A stretch of 64,000 nt of DNA from a virus. The stretch spans positions 42,112-106,111 of IMG/VR virus record IMGVR_UViG_3300008516_000204; one strand, given 5' to 3'. Positions 9,194 through 20,218 of the stretch are shown here, in pieces. The notes beneath the pieces were generated by a model. It saw only the letters and a list, made by a program, of their open reading frames with translations, had not been told where the DNA came from and ran no database searches. Every line of letters starts with the position of its first letter. Position 1 is the first letter of the stretch. The position numbers and the translations under genes were made by a program.

Positions 9194-10311
9194 AAAAAGA
9201 GAAATAGAAAGGAAATATAATGGAGTTTATTAGATTCTTACGATTTTGGTGGCGATACAAAGCATTGGGATTTAAAAGATGTTGGAGAGAAAGAGAGAAT
9301 TTTAAAAGATTAGTTCGTTTAATAGACGAGTTTTAGGAGGAGAATTAGATGGATTGGTTAGATAAAGAACTTGCTTTTATAACTTGGCTTTATAAATATA
9401 GTAACTTTTTTGGACAGTTAAAGCGGAAAGAGTTTAAGGAATTTCTCACCAGAAAAGAGGCTTGGGAACAATTTTGTAAGGAAATAGGAGAAGATAGGTG
9501 TCCAAACTGTGGTGGTGAATATCAACAGATTGGAAAATATTTCACCGCAGAAGGATATAAGATTTTAATTGATGGCTGTAAAAATTGTGGGCACACGAGG
9601 GAAAGATAAAATGGCAAATGATGTATGGCTTATGACTCCCGAAATCTATATGGAGATATACAGATTGGCTGTGAAGCATGGCAAGAAGGTTGGGGATTCG
9701 ATGGCGGAGGAGTTTAAGGAAATTTTGCAAAAGAGAAAAGGTGAAATCGAGCATCTGGGGACTTCTGATAAGGATGCAGATTTATTGACAGGGAATCTTC
9801 GTGAAGAAGGTTTGAAAATAATAAACCTCAGAGAACTGGAAAAAGAATGATACTGCGAAAGGTAAACAAATGAAACATCCTAAATTAAGAGCAAGGAAAA
9901 GACCAAAAAGAACGAATATCCGTAAAACTAAGCAAGATATTACAGAAATTATTGAAAATAGTCAAAGAGATATTCGTTGGTATTTGGCTAAAGATATTAT
10001 GGATTATTTGAAGAAAAGAGGTATGTTAGATGTCAGGAAGAAAGACAAGAAGAAAAATAAAAAGAAGAAAAAGAAATAAACATAGATTAAGAACAAGAGG
10101 ATTTGTTGAAAATCTTACACATTTCTTTTTAAAAGGAAGAGTTACTGACAAGTATACCAAAATAACTACTTTAATGATTATAGTATTAGAACTATATTGG
10201 ACAACATTAGATTCTGTTTGGTTTGCTGTTGAAATGTGGTCTCCAATTCCAGTATTAGTAAACATATTGGTTATGTTATTCTTACTTCGATTAATAAATG
10301 GGAAGTAGAAA

Positions 10312-10512
10312 ATGAAAGACCCAAAAAGAATAAATAGAATATCAAAATTGATTGGGAAGATTTGGAGAAAAAATCCTAGTTTGAGATTATGCCAATTAAT
10401 AGGAAATTGCTTTAATTTTAGCACAAACGATACTTCAATAATAAACGATTTATATTATATAGAAGATGACGAATTGGAACGAAGATTAAGAGAGATATAT
10501 AAGGAGGAATAA
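10312..10512 (+). CDS. conserved phage hypothetical protein
   Basis: MKDPKRI...W..NP.LRL.QL pattern. Confidence 0.6.
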   Translation: MKDPKRINRISKLIGKIWRKNPSLRLCQLIGNCFNFSTNDTSIINDLYYIEDDELERRLREIYKEE

Positions 10513-10514
10513 AG

Positions 10515-10808
10515 TTGAGTCTGCATAAGACATTGAAGCCGAGAAGAAAAAAGGTTCGTTCCGTTCTAAAGAGACATGAAAGATTGGCAAAGGCTATTAG
10601 GGAACGGAATTGGCTCAAAAAGATGGGTGCATATGGTTTACCCAAGTTTAACCCACTAAAATTTAAAGTGAAAAAGAAAGAGGAAGAAGAGCAAACAACT
10701 ACATTAGGTAAAGTTGATATTGTAGCACAGCATAAATTAGAGAAAGAAAAATTAAGAGAAGAAAAAAAACAGAGAAAGAAAGGGAAAGATACAACTGGAA
10801 TAAGATGA
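10515..10808 (+). CDS. PVC-superphylum small basic (signature) protein homologue
   Basis: MSLHKTLK...RSVLKRHERL......W.....GLPK...KFKVKK; strong AAGGAGG RBS, TTG start. Confidence 0.75.
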   Translation: MSLHKTLKPRRKKVRSVLKRHERLAKAIRERNWLKKMGAYGLPKFNPLKFKVKKKEEEEQTTTLGKVDIVAQHKLEKEKLREEKKQRKKGKDTTGIR

Positions 10809-11407
10809 TTAAATATTGCCTATGTGGTAATAAAATAGATAAAAGGTCTAAAAATTGTAGAATATGTGCTAACTTGGGAATAAATAATCCAAGATATGAA
10901 TTTAGTAAATATAATATAACTAAAGAATTTTTGATAGAAGAATATCTTAATAATAGAAATTCCATTTCTCAAATTGCAAGAAAGAAAAAATGTTCCGAAT
11001 CTTGTATTTATAGTAAATTGAAGAAATTTCAAATTCGGATTAGGACAAGAAGCGAAGCTAATAAAGGAATAAGTAGAGGTTTGGGTAAGAAACGACTTCC
11101 TTTTACAAAGGTGTGGAAAAGAAGAATTAGTGAAAACCATGCAGATTTTTCTGGTAAAAATAATCCCAGATTTGGTAAAAGATTATCCAAATAAACGAGA
11201 AGAAAAATCAGAACTACAAAAGTCAAACATCATGTTTATTTAAAAGAAAATAAAGACGATACGGTACTTATTAAGCAATCAATTCATCGTAAATTACACG
11301 CATATGCTTATAATTATTTAGTAGAACTTGGTTTAATTAAAAAATATATTAAATGGTTTGAAAAAAAATTGAAAATAAAATTAATGAAAACTATGGGGAG
11401 GAAATAA
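10805..11407 (+). pseudogene. free-standing HNH-like homing endonuclease interrupted by an in-frame TAA at 11192-11194
   Basis: The frame continues *TRRKIRTTKVKHHVYLKEN...IHRKLHAYAYNYL...YIKWFEKK, homologous to the C-terminus of 25966..26628. Confidence 0.75.
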
Positions 11408-11624
11408 TAAGTAATGAAAATTGTATTGTACATATTATTAGGTTATGCGGTGATGGCAATAATTTGCTTTTGTTTAGTGGTGAGAACATTGAGTAGTATA
11501 TAAATGAAGGAGGAAAAATGACATTGACTCCATTACAGCAGTTAATAATTATGGGAACTATCTATGTTTCTGTCTATGTTGGGATAGTTCTGTTTCTAAG
11601 ACATTGTTACAGGAAAGATAAAAA

Positions 11625-13121
11625 ATGAAGCTCAAGAACCACCTATATTATTCAGAAAAAGGAATCAGGTTATACAATGCAGATTGTCTGGATGTTATGC
11701 GGAAACTGCCAGATGATTATGTGGATTTGATTGTAACCGATCCTCCTTATGGAATTTCCTTCATGGCAAAGGAGTGGGATACTTTTAATGAGGTTAAGGA
11801 TATTCAAAAAGAATTTAGTAATACTGTTTATGCTAAAAAAGGATTCAAGAAATTACCAAGAAATAAACCCTTTGGAATGATTAAATTTTTCGTGCCTATT
11901 TGGAAAGAAGCATTAAGAGTATTAAAGCCAGGAGCCTTTGCTTTTGTAATGTGTGCTCCTCGTCAGGATGTATTAAGTAAACAGATAGTAGCATTACAAG
12001 AGGCTGGATTTGAAACTGGGTTTAGTAGTGTTTATTGGAGTTATGCAACAGGATTCCCAAAAGCAAGTAATATAGGAAAGAAAATAGATAAGAGATTAGG
12101 CAAAGAAAGAAAAATTATAGGAAAAAAACCAGGAAATTATGCTGATATTCGTAGAGACAAAAAAACAGGGCAGGATAGTCTTCATGGAGGGATTGCGACA
12201 CAAAGAGAAAGAATAGAAAGTTTTATTACCGAACCAGCATCACCACAAGCCAAATCTCTTGATGGTTCTTATGGTGGCTTCCAACCCAAGCCAGCAGTTG
12301 AAATAATAATAGTAGCAATGAAACCTTTATCTGAAAAATCATATATAGACCAAGCATTAAAGAATAAACATGGTATTACATATTTAGATAACTGTAGAAT
12401 TCCTTATGAAAGTGATAATGACAAGAAGAAAGCCAAATTTGGGACTCAAACAGATATCAGGGGGAATGCTTATAATAAGAATAGACCAAGCGAGGGAAAA
12501 ATTTATGCTAAAAATGTTTTATCATCCCAAAAAGGTCGTTTTCCCGCAAATTTGCTCGTGAGTAATGATGTATTAAATGATGGTGGGAATTACAAAACAG
12601 GTAATCTGAATAGACGAGGTAATAGCAAATATTGGGGTTTAAATGGACAGGCTTTAAATCACAAGGGTAGTTCTGGTTCATATTCTCGTTATTTTTCACT
12701 TGATAAATGGTGGATAGAAAGAGTTAAAAAATTACCCCCAGAAGTTCAGAAAGTATTTCCTTATTTAATAGTGCCTAAAGCTAGTAAAAGAGAGAAAAAT
12801 AGAGGATGCGAAAATTTACCTAAAAAACAAAAAGTATTTAATGGTCAAAGTAATCAATCATCTAAAGATATAAAAGATGTAGAAGAAAGATTTACCACAC
12901 AACCTACAAGTAATAATCACCCTACTGTAAAACCTATAAAACTCATGAGTTATCTCATTACTTTGGGAAGTAGGGAAAATGACATCGTATTAGACCCGTT
13001 TGCTGGCTCTGGAACTACCTTGATTGCTTCCAAATTGCTCAATAGAAAAGGAATAGGAATTGAACTAAGCAAAGAATACTGCGAGATAGCGAAGCACAGG
13101 ATAAAAGGTCGGTCAAAATGA
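11625..13121 (+). CDS. DNA methyltransferase, N6-A/N4-C, beta class
   Basis: VTDPPY, GFPK, HPTVKP, VLDPFAGSGTT. Confidence 0.93.
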   Translation: MKLKNHLYYSEKGIRLYNADCLDVMRKLPDDYVDLIVTDPPYGISFMAKEWDTFNEVKDIQKEFSNTVYAKKGFKKLPRNKPFGMIKFFVPIWKEALRVLKPGAFAFVMCAPRQDVLSKQIVALQEAGFETGFSSVYWSYATGFPKASNIGKKIDKRLGKERKIIGKKPGNYADIRRDKKTGQDSLHGGIATQRERIESFITEPASPQAKSLDGSYGGFQPKPAVEIIIVAMKPLSEKSYIDQALKNKHGITYLDNCRIPYESDNDKKKAKFGTQTDIRGNAYNKNRPSEGKIYAKNVLSSQKGRFPANLLVSNDVLNDGGNYKTGNLNRRGNSKYWGLNGQALNHKGSSGSYSRYFSLDKWWIERVKKLPPEVQKVFPYLIVPKASKREKNRGCENLPKKQKVFNGQSNQSSKDIKDVEERFTTQPTSNNHPTVKPIKLMSYLITLGSRENDIVLDPFAGSGTTLIASKLLNRKGIGIELSKEYCEIAKHRIKGRSK

Positions 13122-13193
13122 CATTGTTGATTGCAGTGCTTTTAATTTTACTAGTAAGTTATGGAGTAGTTAAATTATTAAACTGGTGATGAT

Positions 13194-14012
13194 ATGAAGC
13201 AATATACTTTAGAACAATTTAAAACCAAATTGAATAAGATCTATTGCTGCGAGTGTTTGAAAGGAATGCAGGCTATACCAGATAAATCTGTAGATTTAGT
13301 AGTTACTTCTCCTCCCTACGATGCTATTAGAGATTATAAAGGATTTGGTTTGGATTTGAATAAAGTTGGAATTGAGTTAGGAAGAATATTAAAAGAAGGA
13401 GGTATTTGTGTAATAGTTATTCAGGATCAAACTAAAAATTTTAGAAAGTCATTAACTTCTTTTAAAACTATAGTCAATTGGTGTGAAAATACAGAGATGG
13501 ATTTATTTGAGTGTGTAATTTATTCTCGTCAAGGGAGACCTGGAGCTTGGTGGAAAACAAGATTTAGAGTAGACCACGAATATATACCGATTTTTTTAAA
13601 AGGGAAAAGACCTCAATATTTTGATAAATCTCATTTAACAGTTAAATTAGACCATAATTGGAGCGCAAAAGGAACAACTAGAATGACAGATGGGAGAACT
13701 TTACATAATACAAGTGGAAATATTGGAAATACTAAAACACAAGGAACTATTTTTCATTATTCCAATTCTGCTTCTGAATCTTGCATTGATAAAAAAATTA
13801 AACTCAAACATCCAGCAACTTTTCCAGATAAATTAGCGGAAGATTTTATTAAATGTTTTTGTCCAGAGAATGGAATTGTTCTTGACCCATTTATGGGAAG
13901 TGGAACTACTTTAAAAATGGCTAAATTAAATGGTAGAAAGTTTATCGGTTTTGAAATATCGCAAGAATATGTAGATATCGCTAATAAACGATTAGCAGAA
14001 ATTAAGGATTAA
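13194..14012 (+). CDS. DNA methyltransferase, N4-C/N6-A, beta class
   Basis: VTSPPY, HPATFP, VLDPFMGSGTT. Confidence 0.93.
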   Translation: MKQYTLEQFKTKLNKIYCCECLKGMQAIPDKSVDLVVTSPPYDAIRDYKGFGLDLNKVGIELGRILKEGGICVIVIQDQTKNFRKSLTSFKTIVNWCENTEMDLFECVIYSRQGRPGAWWKTRFRVDHEYIPIFLKGKRPQYFDKSHLTVKLDHNWSAKGTTRMTDGRTLHNTSGNIGNTKTQGTIFHYSNSASESCIDKKIKLKHPATFPDKLAEDFIKCFCPENGIVLDPFMGSGTTLKMAKLNGRKFIGFEISQEYVDIANKRLAEIKD

Positions 14013-14014
14013 AT

Positions 14015-16555
14015 ATGTCTATATACTGCACAAAATGTCCTTTACACTTAACAAGCTTTACAAACGACAAGAAACATAAGGTAATCTGTCTTTCTGGTTG
14101 TGGCTCTAAATCTGCCAAGATTATGCTCATCGGCGAAGCACCAGGGAATGATGAGCTATTTAAGAAAGAGCCATTTGTGGGCAAGGCAGGCAAAGAACTG
14201 GACAAATGTTTGAAAGAGGCAGGGATAAATCGAGCCGAGATATTTTTGAGCAATAGTTGTCGTTGCCGACCACCAGATAATCGTGACCCAAATGCCAAAG
14301 AACTAAAAGCCTGCCGAGAATTTTTGGTGAATGAGATAAACGCTATCAAACCCAATGTCATCGGGCTTCTCGGTAATATAGCGATGAAGCAGGTTCTGGG
14401 CAAAACTGGTTCACTAAAGTATCAGGGGCAACCATTTTGGAGCGATGAGTTTCAGGTTACTTGTATACCACTTATTCATCCCAGTTATATTATTAGAAAT
14501 CAGGATAATATGGAGATTAGGGAGAAATTTATCAATGCCCTCAAATTTGTTAAGGAAGCCAGCAAAACTAAAAATCCAATTAAGCGGAAAGTTTCACCAG
14601 TTAAATATGTAGTTTGCGATAATATGAAGAAAGTTAAGGCACTATTTTCAAGATTAAGGCAGATTAAAGAGAATTCTATTGACACAGAATCGACTTCCTT
14701 GCGACCTTATAATGGCAAATTGCTTTGTGCGTCTTTTAGCTGGAAGGAAAATACTGGAATAGTCCTGCCTATTTTGGGCAGAAACCTCAAGCGGATTTGG
14801 AACAATCAGCAATATAATTGGATCTTGGGCGAGCTTCGCAAATATTTTAGTAGAAAAAATGTCAAGAAAATATATCAAAATGGTAAGCATGATATTCAAT
14901 GGTTCAAATATCACCTCGGCATAGAAAGCACGATAGAGTTTGATACTCAGTTGGCTCATTATTCTTTGAATATGGAATCGCCTCGACACAGTCACGGACT
15001 AAAGGAAATGGCTTGGACTTTTACAGATATGGGGAACTATGCTGAAAAAGTTGACCCAAAACAATTTGGCGACCCAAAATATATTAAAGAACATTACGAT
15101 GATATAATGCAATATGCCTGTGCGGATGCCGATTGCACTTTCAGGATTTACCGCAAATTATCGCCACAAATTACAAAAGAAAAAATGGACTATGTTCTTT
15201 ATAACATAATGCTTCCAGAATCCATAGTCTTGGCAGATATTGAACTAAATGGTGTCCAAATTGACAGGAAAAAATTGGAACGACTAAAATTTCAGTATGC
15301 TCGCAACTTGAATGCAACCGAAACCAAACTTTATTCTCTGCCAGCGATTAAAACAGTTGGGAACAAGCAATATAAGAAACTTGTTGATAAGCAGAAAGCC
15401 AAGTATAAAAATTCCAAAATAATTAAGAAGCGACACACATTAAAAGAATATCTGGACAAGGTTGAGCGACCCAAGTTCAATTTCAAATCGCACCAGCAAT
15501 TAGCCATATTGTTTTATGATATTTTGAAAATGCCCAAACCAGAGAAAACGAAGAAGGGAACAGCATTATCCACAGATAAAAAGACATTGGAAAAATTGGA
15601 AGGGAAACATCCCGTTATAAAACTGATTCTCAAATATAAGAAGCTGACGAAGATGTATAATACTTATATCTGCCCGACACTTGAATCTTTGGATGAGAAC
15701 GACAGGATACACACGGAATATAATCAGCACATCACTCGGACTGGTAGAATTTCGTCAAGCAGACCGAATCTCCAGAATGTTCCGAAGGAGTATGGCAAGG
15801 ATTTTAGGGACTGTTTTATAGCAAAAAAGGGACATAGACTATTGGAAGCAGATTCGAAACAAATCGAGTTTAGAGTATTGGCACATTTATCCCAAGACCA
15901 GAGAATGATTGCTGATATAAAAAGTGGAAAAGATATTCATACCATTACAGCATCAAGATTGTATAGGACAAAAGAAGAAGATGTTACCAAGGAACAGCGT
16001 GATAAAAGCAAGCCATTCGTTTTCGGCGTACCTTATGGTCGTGGTGCGAAAGCCATCGCTGAACAATATAAGCTGACGCTGAAAGAGGCGGAGGAACAGT
16101 TGAGATACTTCAATCAGATTTATCCGAGGGCTTCCAGATGGAACAAGGCAGCAGTGAGTGGTGCTAAAAGACACGAATATGTTAAGAGTTGGTTCGGGAG
16201 AAAAAGACCACTATTCCATATTAATGATAAGGATAAAATGTTGTCCGAGAAAGACGAGAGAAAAGTCGTGGCATCGGCTGTCCAATCAACCGCTTCAGAC
16301 ATTGTTGCCTTGCAAATGGTTGAGGTATATAAGAGATTAAGGGCGAATACCAAATCCAGAATTGTGCTAACCATTCACGATAGCATTGTAAGCGAAGTTC
16401 CCGACAATGAGATTGAAAAGGTTACAGGAATAGTAAAAGAGGAGATGACCAAAGCTCCTAAAGGATTCAGAGTTCCTCTGGATACCGATGTCAAGGTCGG
16501 GGAACAATGGGGTTCTATGCACGATTCAGATAAGGTTGAAAGCGAGGAAGAATAA
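14015..16555 (+). CDS. polA: family A DNA polymerase with N-terminal family-4 uracil-DNA glycosylase domain and 3'-5' exonuclease
   Basis: UDG: CxxCPL, IGEAPG, PFVGKAG, CRPPDNRDP, HPS. Exo: IDTES, NGKHD, YACAD. Pol: TRTGRISS..PNLQN, AD..QIEFR, K...FG..YG, IHDS. Confidence 0.95.
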   Translation: MSIYCTKCPLHLTSFTNDKKHKVICLSGCGSKSAKIMLIGEAPGNDELFKKEPFVGKAGKELDKCLKEAGINRAEIFLSNSCRCRPPDNRDPNAKELKACREFLVNEINAIKPNVIGLLGNIAMKQVLGKTGSLKYQGQPFWSDEFQVTCIPLIHPSYIIRNQDNMEIREKFINALKFVKEASKTKNPIKRKVSPVKYVVCDNMKKVKALFSRLRQIKENSIDTESTSLRPYNGKLLCASFSWKENTGIVLPILGRNLKRIWNNQQYNWILGELRKYFSRKNVKKIYQNGKHDIQWFKYHLGIESTIEFDTQLAHYSLNMESPRHSHGLKEMAWTFTDMGNYAEKVDPKQFGDPKYIKEHYDDIMQYACADADCTFRIYRKLSPQITKEKMDYVLYNIMLPESIVLADIELNGVQIDRKKLERLKFQYARNLNATETKLYSLPAIKTVGNKQYKKLVDKQKAKYKNSKIIKKRHTLKEYLDKVERPKFNFKSHQQLAILFYDILKMPKPEKTKKGTALSTDKKTLEKLEGKHPVIKLILKYKKLTKMYNTYICPTLESLDENDRIHTEYNQHITRTGRISSSRPNLQNVPKEYGKDFRDCFIAKKGHRLLEADSKQIEFRVLAHLSQDQRMIADIKSGKDIHTITASRLYRTKEEDVTKEQRDKSKPFVFGVPYGRGAKAIAEQYKLTLKEAEEQLRYFNQIYPRASRWNKAAVSGAKRHEYVKSWFGRKRPLFHINDKDKMLSEKDERKVVASAVQSTASDIVALQMVEVYKRLRANTKSRIVLTIHDSIVSEVPDNEIEKVTGIVKEEMTKAPKGFRVPLDTDVKVGEQWGSMHDSDKVESEEE

Positions 16556-16894
16556 ATGAAACACAAAAATCATGAATGGCAATTAACCAATTTGGAATTA
16601 TCTAAACGCTTAAAGGAATTAGGAGTAAAGCAAGAGAGTTTGTGGTGGTGGGTTAATTTTGAAGGTATTTCAAAAGATGACCCTGCTTATGGCGGTTATC
16701 CTGATTGGCAATTAGTGCAAGAAGATAATGATTTTAGCGATAGAGATGCTTACTCCGCCTTTACTGTTGCTGAATTGTATCAAATTCATTGGAAAGCATT
16801 TGGCAGATTTCCAAGCGTAATAGGACTTAAGCCTACTCAAATAGCAAATTATTTAGCAGAAGAACTTATAGAGAGAAAAAAGAAATATAAATGA
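16556..16894 (+). CDS. conserved phage hypothetical protein
   Basis: LELSKRLKELGVKQES...SAFTVAEL pattern. Confidence 0.6.
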   Translation: MKHKNHEWQLTNLELSKRLKELGVKQESLWWWVNFEGISKDDPAYGGYPDWQLVQEDNDFSDRDAYSAFTVAELYQIHWKAFGRFPSVIGLKPTQIANYLAEELIERKKKYK

Positions 16895-17325
16895 AACTAT
16901 TTGACATCAAATTCAACACCATACCTGTCAGAAAATGGCTAAACGAGCATCGATGCCATAGAAAAAGGCAGTTCTCGGCATATGACGAGGAAAATCATGG
17001 GATAGTTTGTGTAAAATGTCTGGATTGCAATCAACTTTTTATATTGGATGAGATAGGAGGTTTGAGATGAAGATAGCAACTAAATTAAATATGCTCCCAA
17101 CTAATATTATAGGGAAACCTGTAAAATATGATAGAATTAAAGTTGGAAAGATAATTGAGGTTAATAGTCCTACCCAAGGTTTTGTAACTATAAAAATAGA
17201 TACTAAATATTGTAAGTTATTAAGAGAGCTTATAAGAAGCAAATTAGTAAAAACACAAATAAAAGCAGATAATTTATTGCTCTATTCAGAAAAAAGATTC
17301 CCTCAAAAGATAAAGGAGGAATAAA

Positions 17326-17514
17326 ATGAAGATAACCAAAGTTGTTCGTGGGTTCGGGAAAAATATCAATCTGGGCAACTATGAATCGGCTCGGTTCTTC
17401 GCCTCACTGGAAGCCGAAGTCAACGATGGCGATGATGTCAAGAAAGTTTCCAAGCAGCTTCAAAAGGGCGTGGAACATCTCGTTAATCAGGATATTAAGA
17501 AATACAAAGGATAG
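17326..17514 (+). CDS. small conserved phage protein
   Basis: INLGNYESAR motif; good RBS. Confidence 0.6.
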   Translation: MKITKVVRGFGKNINLGNYESARFFASLEAEVNDGDDVKKVSKQLQKGVEHLVNQDIKKYKG

Positions 17515-17930
17515 AAGGAATTAATGTTTTATAAAATATATAGATATTTAGCAGAATTTTTCTTGGAAAGATGTGGTTTTCTGCCAACAGAAATAAAAAG
17601 AGTATTTGCTACGCATTTAGTAAAAAATATTCCAACTGGTGAGAAATTTTGCATAGCTCCAGAGAATATAGAGAATAGCCAAGTTTCGCTTCAAGAAATA
17701 AAAGAAATATGCTCTTCAGTTGAATATAGTGCTGAAGAAGATTTGTATAACTGCATAAGATAGGAGCTCCAAATATGGAAAAAAAAGATGATATCATACT
17801 ATCTCGAAGTGAGCAAGGCTTATGTCCTTTTTGCAAAGAACTTATCGGAACAGATTTTAAAGTAGTAGAATACAGAGGTAAAAAAATTTGGGTTTGTAAA
17901 AAACACCCAATAAGCGAATAGGAGGCTAAT

Positions 17931-18371
17931 ATGAAAACCTTGGACAGAATCATCAGGGAACTCAAGCTGACCGACGACATCAAGCGGATTTCGAAGGTCG
18001 AGCAGCGAATCCCCAGAAATGGCATTATCCCAGAAAACGATGCCATGATATTGCATGTGCTATTCCTGCAAGCAAAAATGAAGCTGACAGACTTGGTAAC
18101 GAAAGCCAAGAGGTATGAGCAGCACATAAAGATAACGAGGAATAATAAGTTAAATCTGCTTACATCCAAATCTGGCGAAAAAAGCGAGGCTGCGAAGTTG
18201 AGGATAGCACATGGTAATAAGGAGTGGCAGGTTTTGCAAGAGGAGAGGGTAAATGCAGAAATTCTGGTGGACTGGCTTATAAACAAGCGTCGGGATTTTG
18301 GGGATGCTTCTATTATGTGCCGAGAAACATTGAAGTTTGTGCGTGAGGATAAAAATCAAGAACAAAAATAA
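17931..18371 (+). CDS. helical protein, possible UvsY-like recombination mediator
   Basis: Coiled-coil character, size and position upstream of SSB/RecA; inference. Confidence 0.4.
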   Translation: MKTLDRIIRELKLTDDIKRISKVEQRIPRNGIIPENDAMILHVLFLQAKMKLTDLVTKAKRYEQHIKITRNNKLNLLTSKSGEKSEAAKLRIAHGNKEWQVLQEERVNAEILVDWLINKRRDFGDASIMCRETLKFVREDKNQEQK

Positions 18372-18390
18372 ATGATAAGGAGGTGTGAAA

Positions 18391-18939
18391 ATGGCTGACA
18401 GAAAAGACAATAACGACCTTGCCAACTTCGAGGTTAAAGTCAGTGATGGTCAGGGTGGCGATTATTATCTTCTGCCCGAACGGACTTGGTTAGCAGCAAA
18501 ATTAATCGCTGTAAAATCCAAGAATACCCAAAAGGGGCAGAGAGCCAACTTTGTCTATGAAACAGTCAAGGAATATGATGGCGAAACTCGTAGAGCATAT
18601 CGTTCAGTTCCGCTTCATAAGACTGTTACAGAGAAGGCTGATTTATATGTAACCATAGCTGAACATCTTGGCAGACCTTTGGAAGTTGATGAGAGCGTTA
18701 AACTTGGTGATTTGACTGGGAAAGTTTATCTCATTTCTTTGGATAATAAAGAAGTCGGGGAAAATACTTACCAGAATGTTACCAAGGTCAAGCCTTACAA
18801 GGGAAAGGGCAAAACTACCACTCGTCGCAGACCTGTGGAGATAGCAGAAGAAGAACCCTTACTTGTAGATGATGATTTGAAGGAAACACAGGCAGAACCA
18901 CAAGAGGAAGAAATTAGCGAGGAAGAGCTTCCTTTCTAA
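18391..18939 (+). CDS. single-stranded DNA-binding protein
   Basis: Beta-rich core, acidic tail ending EEEISEEELPF, replication context. Confidence 0.7.
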   Translation: MADRKDNNDLANFEVKVSDGQGGDYYLLPERTWLAAKLIAVKSKNTQKGQRANFVYETVKEYDGETRRAYRSVPLHKTVTEKADLYVTIAEHLGRPLEVDESVKLGDLTGKVYLISLDNKEVGENTYQNVTKVKPYKGKGKTTTRRRPVEIAEEEPLLVDDDLKETQAEPQEEEISEEELPF

Positions 18940-18954
18940 TTAAAATGCTTAATC

Positions 18955-18981
18955 GGTGGGGTGTCCAAGCGATACCCCACC
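18955..18981 (+). terminator. GC-rich stem-loop after ssb (terminator or mRNA-stabilising hairpin)
   Basis: GGTGGGGTGTC-caagc-GATACCCCACC, an 11-bp stem with one G-U pair; no clear U-tract. Confidence 0.55.
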
Positions 18982-19007
18982 TAAAGCAAATTTAAAAAGG
19001 TATAATA

Positions 19008-19634
19008 ATGAAAGTAATTGATTTATTTTGCGGTGCTGGTGGAGCCAGTATAGGTTTGAAGCAAGCAGGCTTTAATTATATTCTTGGTATTGATATAAAT
19101 AATCAACCAGAATATCCTTTTGAGTTTATTAAATCTAATGTATTTGATATGGATGCTAATTTTTTAAGGCGATTTGATTTTATTTGGGCTTCACCGCCTT
19201 GTCAAAAATATACTTGGGCTTCAAAGAAGTGGCAAAATAGGGGCAAAAAATATCCTGATTATATTAAAAGAACTAGAGAAATGCTTTTAAAAGTTAGCAA
19301 ACCCTTTGTTTTAGAGAATGTTATTAATGCACCATTAAGAAAAGACTTAATTCTTTGTGGTGAGATGTTTAACCTAAAAGTTATAAGGCATAGGATTTTT
19401 GAAATCGAAGGTTTTCAAGCAGAACAACCAAAACATAAGAAGCACAAAGGAACAGTAAGACAAGGATATTATGTTACTGTTGCGGGTCATGGTGGAGATG
19501 GTAAAGCAAGTTTAAAAAGTTGGCAAGAAGCGATGAAAATTAATTGGATAGCAGATAAAAAAATGTTAGCAGAGGCAGTTCCTCCAGCTTATGCAAAATA
19601 TATCGGAGAACAATTTATAAAATGCAAATCCTAG
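19008..19634 (+). CDS. C5 cytosine methyltransferase (short phage type)
   Basis: DLFCGAGG, ASPPCQ, LENV, RHRIFE. Confidence 0.88.
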   Translation: MKVIDLFCGAGGASIGLKQAGFNYILGIDINNQPEYPFEFIKSNVFDMDANFLRRFDFIWASPPCQKYTWASKKWQNRGKKYPDYIKRTREMLLKVSKPFVLENVINAPLRKDLILCGEMFNLKVIRHRIFEIEGFQAEQPKHKKHKGTVRQGYYVTVAGHGGDGKASLKSWQEAMKINWIADKKMLAEAVPPAYAKYIGEQFIKCKS

Positions 19635-20218
19635 GAATTGATTTAGACACGAATTACTGTGGTGTCGCAATATTAGACCATAACCTACGCTTAATTAAGC
19701 GAAAGCTCCTTACTCTATCTGGCAAGACGGAAATTCAGAAAATGATTGAATTGGCTTTTTACATCTATTCTATTAAGCACAGTATTGATGAGATAGTTAT
19801 TGAGGATACTTTTATGGCGAAAAATGCCAAAACATTTAAACATTTATCAAGATTGGCGGGAGCAATTGAGTATCTCTGTTATCGCAAGTTTAATAAAGAG
19901 GCACATTTTATTATGGCACGACAAGCACGAGGGTATTCACAGCTTAAGGGCAACTGCAAAAAAATAGAAACCCAGTTAAAAATTGCCAAGGAATATGGAT
20001 TGGTGGATGACAAGATTTTTTATAAGTATCATGGCAAAATCGGAAACCTGTATCAGCAATACAAGGACAAGAAAATAACCAAGGGGCAGTTCGACTACCG
20101 AGCCGACAAAAAGTTTAGCGAGGAGTTTTTCGAGGAAACCAAATTATCAAATCACGAGGCTGATGCTGTGATTATCGGCAAGGCACTAATTCTGCGATTA
20201 AAGGAGAAAAAGATATGA
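19622..20218 (+). CDS. RuvC-like resolvase
   Basis: ILGIDL, VIEDTF, EADA: RNase H-fold acidic residues. Confidence 0.7.
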   Translation: MQILGIDLDTNYCGVAILDHNLRLIKRKLLTLSGKTEIQKMIELAFYIYSIKHSIDEIVIEDTFMAKNAKTFKHLSRLAGAIEYLCYRKFNKEAHFIMARQARGYSQLKGNCKKIETQLKIAKEYGLVDDKIFYKYHGKIGNLYQQYKDKKITKGQFDYRADKKFSEEFFEETKLSNHEADAVIIGKALILRLKEKKI

